From NCBI GenBank assembly GCA_973895155.1, contig OZ316894.1, positions 4,302,944 to 4,366,943 of the forward strand: a stretch of 64,000 bases of DNA, written 5' to 3'. How positions within the stretch are numbered: the first letter of the stretch is position 1; each line of letters begins with the position of its first letter. Positions 52,884 to 64,000 of this stretch are shown piece after piece. The notes beneath the pieces are model-generated. The model was not told the origin of the DNA. It ran no database searches and worked only from the letters and a program-made list of their open reading frames with translations. The position numbers and the translations under genes are program-made. This DNA is from Marsupella aquatica (taxonomy: Eukaryota > Plantae > Marchantiophyta).

Positions 52884-55800
52884 CGGTGCAAGGGCGCAGT
52901 TCCTTTTAGGAAGGGCGGACGTGGAGGGAGGAGGCATGAGTGGGCAGGGCGGGCTCAGATCTCTAAGTTTAGGATTAGGATCAGGACCAGGAGGCGGCCC
53001 TGACACTTAGGTTAGTGGGATTGCGGTTCCACTGGTAAGAGCAACACTTGTACTCCTGCCTCACTGTACATAGGTAGATCCAGTTAGGTAGATTAGGCTT
53101 ATGCTGCAAAGAATTAGGCGGATCCACTACCAGGATAAGTACCTGGGCAGCGGGGAGCTTAGGGCCTCTTCTTTAGCAAGTTTTTAGTTTGCACCAGCCG
53201 GGCTGGGATCAAGTAGTAAGAGAAGCTCTTGGTTAGTCATACAGTGACCCTTGTGTATATTCATGTTTCCTCATGCCTAAGAGCTGAATAGAGTTGGCCT
53301 CACGGCTTAGTTCGCAGAGCTTGTGTATGAGATGTACTGTTTGTATTGCAAGTGCATGGTATGACTCAGTCAGAAGGAGTCATTTTGCTATTTGTGTGTC
53401 GCATTAACTTGTGTGAAGAGTGCCCACATCAACCAATAGAGGAAGGAAAGTAAGCAGGGGAGTGAGAGTTGGATGTGTCGAGCTGAGAGAGGTCTTAGCG
53501 GCTTAACCAAGCCTATTGGGGATCATTCCGGCGGCGGAATCCAAACATACCTAACAAGACGGAGGGGAAGACAAGGGAAGGCCTAGATTAGGCCGGCTAC
53601 GTATCTCATGACCCGATGAAGGATCTGTCCAGTATATGTGTGTAAAATGTTAATAGTAGTAGTAGTAGGAGGTTAGCAGCGTCCCATGCCGCTAAGCCGT
53701 GGAAACGGCCTCGCCAAGCGCGAAACCTGCGGGAATCGGCTTGCGCTAGGGGGGTTTCTTGGGTTTAGGGAGCCATGGGACGCACCACAGTCCTGTAAAC
53801 TATTGACCGTCATAGCTGAAAGCTCTTGCTCGTGTTATGTTTGTGGAAGCAACATTTTTGTTCGAGCAGCAAATGTGGAAAGAACCAGGACTGATGAATG
53901 TGTAAGGGAGAACCAAAGAGAGTTATTGTGCACTACGGATTTGTGGTGTTGCATTCTGCTTGCGGACCGGGCAGGATCTAGGGGTGGCCAGACAGAGGTG
54001 GCACTGTCGTTTGGATCATTATCTAAGTACGTACGCAAGCTGACCACTCTGTTGAGCTGAGATATGATTTGAGCTCACAAGCTTCTGGCCAGTTTCCGAG
54101 CAATGTTTTTGACGGAGTTCCCTGTATCAGGTATGTTTCATTCAAATGCGCTCTCTCTTGGGCCCTAGGGATGTAAGTTTGTCCCGAGTTTGTTTGGATA
54201 CACTTCATTGGAAAGTTGCGTGTTGAACAGTAGGATTCAAAATGCTTCCGGGAATGCTTCAATCACAAAATAAAATTTTTCTCAATGACGTGTAGCACAA
54301 GGAGGTACTCTTAATATGGCCGAAGGTTTATCTCAGACTGTAGAGCGCTGCATTCATTCTTCCACAGAATCACGCCCCTAAGAGAACTTCAGCCAGTCGG
54401 CTGGGAGGCCCTGTTGCAGCCACTGAAAGTCAACTCCTTGCGCAATCCCCTCCTCCCTCTACAATCGGCAGGGCTAAAGCGCAATAAACAACACTAACCC
54501 ACATAATCTGAGGCGCACAGAGAGAAGCAGTAGCAACAGCACCATGCCACCACCCGGCGCCGAGGGCCACAACCAAACTCGCAAGCAAATAGTAGAGCAG
54601 AGCAGAGCTTAGTGGAGTCGCGCGAGAAACTTAGTGTATAATTATACCAACGACAGTAAGGACTGGCAGCAATTACATAAGTCCCTAGCATGCAAACGGA
54701 TCTCATATCACAAAATAATCCGTCTTGATCACTGTAGGTTACTGCGGTCAAGCAGGGCACATCCATCATCCTCGAGAGCATTAAATTAAACAAGCAACCA
54801 AGAGTGAGCAATCCTTTGCTTTGAATCCTTTCCTCCCTCCCGTTCACTTCCTTGGAGCTTTCATAGATTTCCAGATTTTGCTCTATTAAGCGGGCTATTA
54901 AGCTTGTTCCTTCTTCTTAATATGCTTAATGCAATTGAGAGCTAATCGAGATCGATCAAGGTCAGGGACATTTGAAGCTTAGCTTCCCTTTTTATACCGG
55001 TGTAGAGATGTTCAGTCTAACGTCTGGTCACTTGAGCCAAAAATTTGAAGAAAAGCTCTCCTCCTGTAGATTCAAAGCACGTTCTCCCGCTCAAATTTAA
55101 GCTAACTAAGCTGGATCAAACTTGCTGGGATTTCTTTTGGCATAAGATTGCGTTTAGTTTTTCTCATGCGAGTTTCTGTACATTTCTAATGCAGCTTTTG
55201 ATTTTAGTTGTGGATTGATGGAGTGGTATTTTCAGGTTGCAAATTTCGCAGTTACTCGTAGAGCCATTCTGCTAATACTGGGGCTGGTTCTCCATTGTCT
55301 TGGAGTCAATGACAAGCCCAGAACTCGTTATGGCTCATTGTCGCTCCTTGTAAAGAACAACGTCAGCCTTAGTTTTCTCTCAGGCGTGGCCAGCATCAAC
55401 AAAATCACACCAACTTATATTCTGGTAGGCCATAGCACTACGTCCAAACTCCGAAACTACTCAACTTGCTACAACTGCAATATGGTCCAGGATAGAGTAA
55501 GTAAATGCTTGAAGAGGCGTAGTATGGCATCGCTCTTCGTGTCCGTGACTTTTGAAATGGTACTAATAATGTGGCCAGTATTCTATGTTCTAGAGCTCGA
55601 TCAACTTGAAGAGCTGCTAACTCTCATGCATGGTTCTGACGTTCACTTCCTTGGAGCTTCCATAGATTTCCAGCTTTTGCAATTGTTTTTTCCTCCCCTG
55701 GGCTGGCCATGAAATGCATTTCTTAACGCTTTGTTGCAGCTCATAAGTTGGTAACTTTTGGCTGCAGATTGGTTGATTGAAGGAAACCCTGTCTATCCAG

Positions 55801-58800
55801 CAATGGTTTCCTTGAACCTACTCGCAATGTTGCCTTGAGCAAGGGTAGGATCCTGGTAAATTTATCTGACGTTGCTGCATTGAATAGTGTAGCAGGCCAA
55901 GGTCTAGATTGAACCACTAGAGAAAAGGTTTGAGAGATTTCAAAGATTTGCGTTCTTGCTGCTGTTGCCTTTGGTACTGCTATTGCCTTTACATGATACC
56001 ATTAATACTACATGGAGTCATTGTGCCAAGCTCCTAGAATAATTCTCAGTTGCTTGATTGTAGGAACAATCAAAAATGGCTTTCGGACGAGTGAAGGTGA
56101 TTTTTGGGAGTGAGCTATCCAGCTGTGCCAGGCCGGAGTGATCTTTCCCAAATTTTCCAAGACTCGGGAGGGACATCCTCAAAGAAGGTATTGATTTCCA
56201 AATTGATTCACTTGTTTGAGATGCAGGTAACGAGATTACGTCTATGCATGTTACTAGAAGCAATTGATTACTTAGTCCTGCCAGCAAGTCTTGAGGTCAA
56301 AGTAAGAGCTCCAATACTAGTTAAGCATAGAGTATTCAGTTAATATGTGGGAATAAAGAAATTGTGAAAGGCAGCAGCTTGTGTGATAATCGTGAGTCTA
56401 TTGCCATTCCTGTTGCAAGCTTGCCTTCACCCTGTAACTGGGCATGAATGTCATCTCCGTTCCATTTCCATGAGATCAAAGAATGTTGTTGAGCCCCTAT
56501 CCTTGGCTTGTTGAACGTTCTTGCTGTGAGAGTAACGCTATATCACTTACTGAATATTGGCAAAGCACTGGACCTGTTACTAGCAACGTAGCTACATGGT
56601 AGATCAAAAGCTTAGTTTGAGGTGAATTAGAAACTGATTGGATCAATTAGTTTGGCCCTTCCAAGATTGAATTCGGTGAGTAAGGGTCGGGAATGTATTG
56701 CCATGATTGAGTAGAGTGGGGAGGTCGGACGGCTACCTATGTCACAGCATGAACTCATGTTTCTTCCTTGCACGTCTTGTTTCTTCCATGAAATTGTTTG
56801 TAGCCTCTTTGGTAGCTAACGGGGACGTTGTTTGAAAGAGAGAAATATTATATTTGTAAGCAAAAGGCTACAGACTTTAGGGCCGGTGATTACACAAGAA
56901 GTCCATGGTGGGGTGATGATGCACTCCAGGTAAATTTATCCCATCCTCAACAATTTTGACAACCAAGCCTGGAGTACCTTCATTCATCGTGAAATCCACC
57001 ATCCAGCAGGAATTTTAGCTTGAGTATTGTGCTTCTGGGTGTTTCTGCATGGCATACAACATCTAACATAAATAGCCAATCTGTATATATTGAATCAGCA
57101 GGTTATTGAATTTTGGTTTTAACTTACCATTGTTCTAAGATGATTGAGGACAAAATTGCACAAGGTGAGTGTGTTATAGACTTGACTTTATGTCGGATAG
57201 TTCACCATTTTGACTGGATGCTACCTCATAACTGGGACATCAACTTTGTTCTAAACACACGTAAATAATTTGCTTGAACTCACAGTGTATGCTTGGCTGT
57301 GCAAGCAAACCTGTTCAACAAATCAATGCAATAGCAAACTGTTGTTGCTTACCTCTTAAGCTGCGTCAATTTTATCTCAACACTACTAACAATGAAAGAA
57401 CTGAGAATGATGCAATAGATCACACAAATTCAGTTGCTTTGATGTCTAAAGATATTCTCTGATTGCAGCGGTTCCTGCTTCAAAGCATTTGAGAATCTCT
57501 ATTGGATAAACATGCCGGGAGCGATCGTTCATGATTGATCATCACATATGAACCAGGCTTGGATTGAGGAATGCAAGAATGTCTGCCATGTGGAAGAGAG
57601 CAGCTTAGAGCAACACTCAATAGACAGTAGAGTTTCCCAGCACTCGGTAAGAAGAGTAAATGCAGGTTGCGTGTTTTCATTTGGTCTACAAGTCTCACAT
57701 GTTTTCAGATTGTCTTTTTCCTTCCTCAAAACTAGTTTTTCTTTAGCTTAAGTAGTGTTCCTTTGTCAGCTCTGCTCTTGCTGTTTGTGCGTATTATGTC
57801 GATTAATTTGTTTGTTGATCGACCATATATGCCTGTCAGTATTGAATCTTGTTCCCGTAACTCTATGAGCTCAATAAGCATTTTAATACTCTAGTTTTGG
57901 TTTGGCTGACTCCTTTTTGTGGTGTAGTATGCTGTGTGAAGGCATGGAACGCCAGGAAATACTCTCACATGCTATGTGAAGGCCAGGACTATTCTCACTC
58001 ACCTGGTAAGTGCTGCTACCCCATAGAGGCCACGTACTAGCATCTACTTATGAGATTGAAAGTTTATAGATCCATTATACTGTTGGACATCTTCAAGTCT
58101 TGATCGCTATTTTGGAAACTTGTTGATGATATGGCATATTTGTATCTCTTTGAATTTGCTACTTGGTCACAATGATATTTGTACAAAGCAGGGTACACAG
58201 TGGAACTAGCGACTATCTCCACCTCATCTATAAATTTGTTCTGAGTGAACACATGTTGTCGCATGACCTGAAATGAAACTAAGAATGGTCACGTAGAAGC
58301 CAGTCCGAATATCTTGCTACGTACGTTTTCACCCGTGTTTTCAATGTGACAATGAACAAATCATCTTGTCTTGCTTTCTCCTCTTCGCATCTCATCAAGA
58401 CAGCTAAAAGTGTCACCTCATCCAATCATGATCGACATGATTGCAACCTGCCTCCAATCTCCTTAGTCCAGAGTGTGCTAAAGATTTTGTAGCAGGATTT
58501 GTCCAGTTGTGCTTGACTATTCCTAAAGGCCATCTTATGTTTATTAAGGGTAACCAAAGCCTAACTTAATGTAATCACAACTAATTAAATTAAAACATTT
58601 GGAGGATCCTAATATCCCCTTGTTCCCACAATCATAACTCAAATGAATCCATATATGAGTCCGTCCAATCATTAAGTTGTTCTTACGTGTACACCTTATC
58701 AAAGAGTACTATCCCTGAGGCCGTCTAGCTACTTTGTCACTATGGACAGTCCATTTCCTGAACCTATTCCATGTTCTGGAGTCCCAATACAATCACTCCA

Positions 58801-58984
58801 TACAATCACTCGGTTGTCATTCTAGCAAGTCCCACTTTAAAAAATTGATTGCATTTGATCTCTACTAGCTGGAACCATTATTTGCAAATAAGTTGTCTAT
58901 CACGTCTTGTCCCATTGGCCCCTTTCTGGTAAATTAACCCATTTAGCCATTACATCTGTTCAAACCCAGTTCATTTATCCATTG

Positions 58985-59925
58985 CTGCATGAACCATGGT
59001 TCGTGAAGCAATATCAGACTCCGACCACTACCATTGCCCCAAACTGGACCCGATTATCCATGGTTTGCACCTTATTATGCCACCATTCCCAAATCTGGCC
59101 CAATGTATCCTACATGGTATGAACCATGGTTTGCTCTATGAAGAAGTGTAAGACTCCCACGAGTTCTCATAGCTCCCAACTAAGCTTGACTATCTGTCTT
59201 TGTTTTAGCCCACCATTTTTTGGAAAATGGATTTCTATTTGCAATTTCAGCACGAACCATGGTTCGTCGTATAATAGAGTCTGTGACTTCCACTCTCACA
59301 AGTCTCAACTAGGCTTGACTATCCCCTTTTGTCCTACTTTTAGCTAGTCATTTTTTGGCAAATGGATTTCCATTTGCAATTTCAGCACGAACCATGGTTT
59401 GTTCTATGAAATAGTCTGTGATTCCCACTCTCACAGGTCTCAATTACAATTTCAGCTTGAACCATGGTTTGTACACCAATAGGCCATGCATGTCCACCTA
59501 GTCCATATCTTACCCTAAAGAAACCATGGTTATACTATACATGAATTGAAATCACCTCTTACAGCACGAACCATGGGTTGTACTATACATGAATTGAAAT
59601 CATCTCTCAATTCTAGTCTAAGATATGAGCCAGCACTATCATTTGAGTGATTCAACTTTGTTATGTTTTCAATGACATGAACCATGTAGAGTCGTTTCTC
59701 TGAAGTTGATCTTAACCATGTAGAGTCCTCTCTAAACTTAATCTTTCTAGTCAAGTTTGTCAAACCTGTTGTCCTATCGAATTGGTTTTCCTGTAGTACT
59801 GAGAATAAATACTAGTCACAACCCTGGCCAAAACTAATTGTCATTGCACGAACCATGGTTTGCACTATCCCAAGTCGTCTTTGATTTTTTAAGATTTTAG
59901 AGCTTGTGGCACGAACCATGGTTTG
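58985..59925. repeat. Dense cluster of the palindrome (CACG)AACCATGGTT embedded in ~135-bp degenerate tandem units
   Basis: Exact AACCATGGTT at 58992, 59122, 59255, 59390, 59460, 59522, 59851 and 59914, plus variants. Confidence 0.9.
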
Positions 59926-60104
59926 TTCTAAAATTTGCCAAGATCCAAGGAACTATTTATTGTGCCTAGACTTTGCTTCTAAAAAACATTGAACCCTAAG
60001 TCTTTAACCTTAAACATTTTTGACACATTTTTTGATAGTATACTTATCACATTTGTTGTTGTTGTTGTGTAGAGTGCAAACTTGTGTTTGACAACTACAC
60101 AAGC

Positions 60105-63100
60105 ATGGCATCCGAAGGAGAAACTAGCAAGAAGAAACGGAAGACCTTAGGAAAAACTGTGGGAGCACCCCAAAAAAGAAAGCCAGAGTGAAGAAGAGTG
60201 CCCCGAGTTTGGATTCCATCAGCAATTTTCGTGGGAGAAAAATGACCTTGAAATCTAGAGTAACTGATACTGTTCTTCGAGTTGATCCAAAAGATATGAA
60301 GCATTGGGGGGTGGTGCTTGATAACAATGTTCTCCGTATGTGCGTAGCTTTTGAAGAGGAGACTTTGGTATTGTCCAACTCTAGGATACTTAGTTGTGTC
60401 TATGAGAAAAATGTAAACCTGAAAGATTGTCAAGAAGCTTTGGTCCTTTTGGTTGAGGAGAATACAAGCATTGAAGAATCAGAAAATACCAGGATCTGCC
60501 ATTGTTTCTCTAGAGAAGTGTTCGGGATGTTTGATTAGACATACATGGAGGCGAATTGCAGTTTCTCACCAGAGGCATTTTCAGCCATTTGGGATCCCAC
60601 TTTCCCAAAAGTTTCTACACTCATAAATGGCCAGAACATTGAGAGGATGTGTTATGCATATTGTCCTGGGCAAATTGCACTTTTGTAGAAACATTTCATT
60701 TAGGGAAGAAGGAGGACCTTGAGAAGCATTCCAAGTTTGAGACTGGAGAACTTCCAAAATTGATCACTGGAGAAAACATAGGAGATCTTTGCAAGAGTTT
60801 CAATGGTGCTTATAAGAAAGCAAACATCTTCGACAGCAGAGTTTTCAATGTTGAAAATTCAAAATGTCACATTGCATCCAATGTTGTAAAATGTAGAGGT
60901 CATGATCCTGATTACTCACGAGATCTTGCCAATTCGATGAAATTTCAATCGTTAGTAAATTTTGAGAAGTGGGTTTGTTTCCTCATCCCTGTGTTATGGG
61001 CAGAGAGCAGGAGCACTGAAGTTGGCTATTGTGGAACTCCATTGACACAGCCACCTATCCTTGATCAAATTGACAATTATCATTTTTGGATAATTGGAGG
61101 CCAGCACACCGTTATGGCCTACCGGTTACTTTTGAAAGATGAATCAGTGGCTCCTAAGATTCATCAAAAATGTTTTACAATTGATGCAGTCATGTTTTGG
61201 GCACCATACAATTTGGCTGGCAACTTGGTGATGATGGGATTATCTAAGACATTAAATCATGTTCATCACACAGCAATGGATGAATCTCAGTTTTTCCTCA
61301 TTGCAAGGCAAGTTAGGGATATTTGGAAAAGTTATGGGCGTCCTCCTTCAGAGAAAAATAGCACCAAAGACTCAAAATGGAGGGTAAGAATACAAATCTC
61401 TATTCTTGTTTAACTTATGCTCATTCATTTTGATGCATAGATTGTGAAATTAAATTAGTGTGAACCATGGTTTGTACTCATCTTATGATTTTATTGTGAC
61501 TGTCTAAACAACATTTCATGAAAGCAACAATGATCGTCATTCCTTGGGTCAAAGATGAGAAGTATCGATTGGGAGAGCTTGGACCTTTCATCTTGAATAT
61601 GACAGATTCCACCTTCAACTTATGGATGAAAGTATACGAGATGTCAAGAGAAGGAAAATTGGTGGCTTTCAACGGGTTCCTACAGAAGGATGTTATCAAG
61701 AAAGATTCTGTTCGAGGAGCTTGGGAGGTTGCCCGAAGAACATTTCGAGATTTTCTTCGAGTTGAGGATGAAGTGTTGATGAAGATTGCAAGGTATCTTC
61801 TTGCCAACAAGAAGATTTCATTGATGAAAGAACGAAGTAGCGGAATTGTGAAGAAAATAGATGCAGTTCCCATTGAAGAAGATTTCATTGCTCTTGATGA
61901 GTATTGTGTTAAAAAAAAACACAATAAGCAGTTTGAAATATTGCTTTTGAAGTATCTTGCAAAAGACAAAATGACTAGGGAGAAGTTACAGGCATTGCCC
62001 ATGGAGCAGAGAAGGGAGAAGGTGAATGCAATGAGAGATTTCTTTAAGCTTACTCCCGAAAAAGCTGAAAAGCTTCAAAGTACACTTGGACCTATAGTGA
62101 TCCCAAGATCGCTAACGAAAACCACTGGAAACAAAGAGCTCCAAGATCTTCTTCCTGGAGTTTTCAAGAGTTTGATCTGGTCAATCAGGGCTTCTGTGGA
62201 TGAAAAAGGTAATCCGGTGGTGATGCAACTTGATACAAAACTTAGGTTTTGTTCAAGTAAAGGATTTGGAACTGCTGAATTTTTAGATCCAATCGTCTTG
62301 GAGTTGAAAGAAATGGCAGCATTCATATTCTTTGATGCTACCATGATGTCTGGAGTAAGTTCAATGACACGAAAGACATATGAAGCATTCTTTGATGCTA
62401 CAATTATCATTGGGTCAAAACCATCTCATGTTGTGGTAGTGGTATCAACTGCAATCGATGCTTTTTTTGTGATGAGTGCTATTTCAGCACACCCACATTA
62501 TGTTGCCTTTACCACACAGTACCAGACAAAATCTAAATCGTCATCTTCAACATCGACAGTTTATCATTCAAATTGTCTTTTTGTGACTTATGCATTCTTC
62601 AAGATGTCATTCACTGAAGAATGTGAAGCAGAAGAAATTTCGACAAAAATTCTGTTAAGCTTTAAGAAAACAGGATTCTTGGGGAATTACGAAGAGACAA
62701 CAGAAGATGTTGCAGAGCAGACTCAACTTGGGGAGAAGAGCAGAATATTCTACGATAACTTGACTTCTCAACTTGTTTCATTTGACAAGCTTTCAGTTTG
62801 TTTTGGAGATGGCCTGGAACATCTTACTGACTCACTTTTGGTATGTGTTTCTAAACCCAAAACCTTAGAAAGTCTATTAAATTTCTGATTATATTCTAAT
62901 CCCAAGAAAATATTAAAACTTTGATTGTTTTGCAGAAATTAGGAGCTCGGGTACGTTCATATTGTAATGAGTCCAACCACGAAAGCCTGACACAATTCTT
63001 TTCTTCCACAACCCAATCTGATGAGCCTGAAGAAGCACCGTGTGAACTACGGAGTATTTTGGTGAAAAATATTTCCAGATTGATGAAGTATAATTTGGCC

Positions 63101-63271
63101 AAGAAGAACATGAGAGAAGACATTGTTGGGCTTTGCAAAGATACCCTCCACCTTGGTGAAAGTAGTATTGCTCGTGTGATCAAAGAATATGGATTGGATG
63201 ACACTCATGAGTCAGATGATGAAGTCTACAAATTTCTTGTTGATGTACCAACTGGTCCACTTGGAGGTTAA
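60105..63271 (+). pseudogene. Decayed multi-exon transposon-associated gene: NLS, ParB-like domain (FWIIGGQHT), helical region, possible degenerate amino-methyltransferase-like C-terminus
   Basis: ATG at 60105 (MASEGETSKKKRK); frameshift at ~60175, TAG at 60536, frameshift at ~60660. Introns at 61384-~61510 (acceptor appears mutated) and 62841-62935. The domain calls are motif-level inferences. Confidence 0.55.
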
Positions 63272-63441
63272 TATATTAACCATACTTTTTGATAAACTAA
63301 ATTTTTGAGTAACTTAAGATAAATTTTGAATCAATAAGTTCTCAAATAAATTATATATATGATTTAAGGTAGAGTGATTGATTTATAAGAATAGCTGCGC
63401 ACGAACCATGGTTTGAACAAGTTAAACTTATGAAATTAGAT

Positions 63442-63566
63442 AAGTTGAACTTGTGGAGTTAGATATTTAAAATGCATCAATCATGGCTCTAAGTATGCAA
63501 GTTAGTTGAACTTGTGAAGTTAGATATTTAAAATGCATCAATCATGGTTCTAAGTATGCAAGTTAG
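63442..63566. repeat. 61-bp tandem duplication
   Basis: AGTTGAACTTGTG(G/A)AGTTAGATATTTAAAATGCATCAATCATGG(C/T)TCTAAGTATGCAAGTT occurs twice. Confidence 0.85.
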
Positions 63567-63790
63567 AGATAGACTCATTCATATAGAGTAGAACAACTCA
63601 TGATTTGAACTTGTAAAATGAATTTATTAATTCATTTAATTTATTTGTTTTGTGGAACTTGAAAAATGAGACATAATATAGTATGAACCATGGTTTACAC
63701 TTGTCATATATACATGTAGTCATCAAAGACAAACAAAACAACTTGATGTCTGAAGAATGACCATTGATAATTAAAAGTCAATCCATTCAT

Positions 63791-64000
63791 TTATTTATCA
63801 CATTTATTTATAGTTCTTTGTTTTGGTTGACTTGTTTTGGTTGCAGGAGAAAGTGATCTTGTTGAGGATGAGGACGAAGAGGACAACATTGATCCACCAA
63901 ATGATTCACAACCATTAAATCTGGATAACATGGAATCACAAGATGATTCAATGAAAATTCCTGACTCGTTCAGGGCTTTCCAAACCGAACCAGAGTTCAA
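63791..64000 (-). CDS. Possible 3' end of a convergent gene entering from beyond the window
   Basis: Open frame from the window edge to TAA at 63791, Ser-rich tail; no recognisable domain. Confidence 0.35.
   Translation of the reverse strand: MNSGSVWKALNESGIFIESSCDSMLSRFNGCESFGGSMLSSSSSSSTRSLSPATKTSQPKQRTINKCDK

Larger units (their letters stand above)
44987..53789. mobile_element. 8.8-kb GC-rich element bounded by TGTGG…CCACA, carrying two divergent paralogous ORFs; no RT, integrase or transposase seen
   Basis: Abrupt GC rise at 44987, TG..CA short inverted termini, and mirrored subterminal motifs (45193-45221 vs 53526-53553). No matching TSD (ctacc / gtcct). Confidence 0.6.

Noticed and set aside
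53600-53635. Hammerhead ribozyme core near CCGATGA
   Set aside because: Lacks an exact CUGAUGA and a properly placed GAAA with stems.
44987-53789. DIRS/tyrosine-recombinase retrotransposon (inverted ends, no TSD)
   Set aside because: No RT, RNase H or YR motifs, and no long ITRs or internal complementary region found.

Overview
Eukaryotic plant genomic DNA: spliced genes, Arabidopsis-type TTTAGGG repeats and a PLS/DYW PPR remnant. The protein styles suggest a non-seed plant such as a leafy liverwort or moss (inference). There are two intact-looking host genes, both on the minus strand: an ABCG half-transporter (5' part, running off the left edge) and a 4-exon 2-oxoglutarate/Fe(II) dioxygenase. 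The rest is repeat- and pseudogene-rich: (i) a decayed PPR-E-DYW gene with an N-terminal OSB-type 'PDF' ssDNA-binding motif, plus a second copy of its 3' end; (ii) a decayed Sola/DUF7869-like DDD transposase gene; (iii) a 5'-truncated L1 LINE with a 13-bp TSD in a telomere-repeat-containing tandem unit; (iv) an 8.8-kb GC-rich TGTGG...CCACA-bounded element with two divergent paralogous PMD/Transposase_32-like + coiled-coil ORFs and mirrored subterminal hairpins; (v) a decayed gene with a ParB-like GGQH motif and a possible methyltransferase-like C-terminus. The 10-bp palindrome AACCATGGTT occurs 16 times by manual count, only around the transposase gene (5) and the ParB-like gene (11). This suggests one large transposon family with a ParB/parS-like or methylase-target signature. 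All family calls come from motif recognition by eye, with no database searches.
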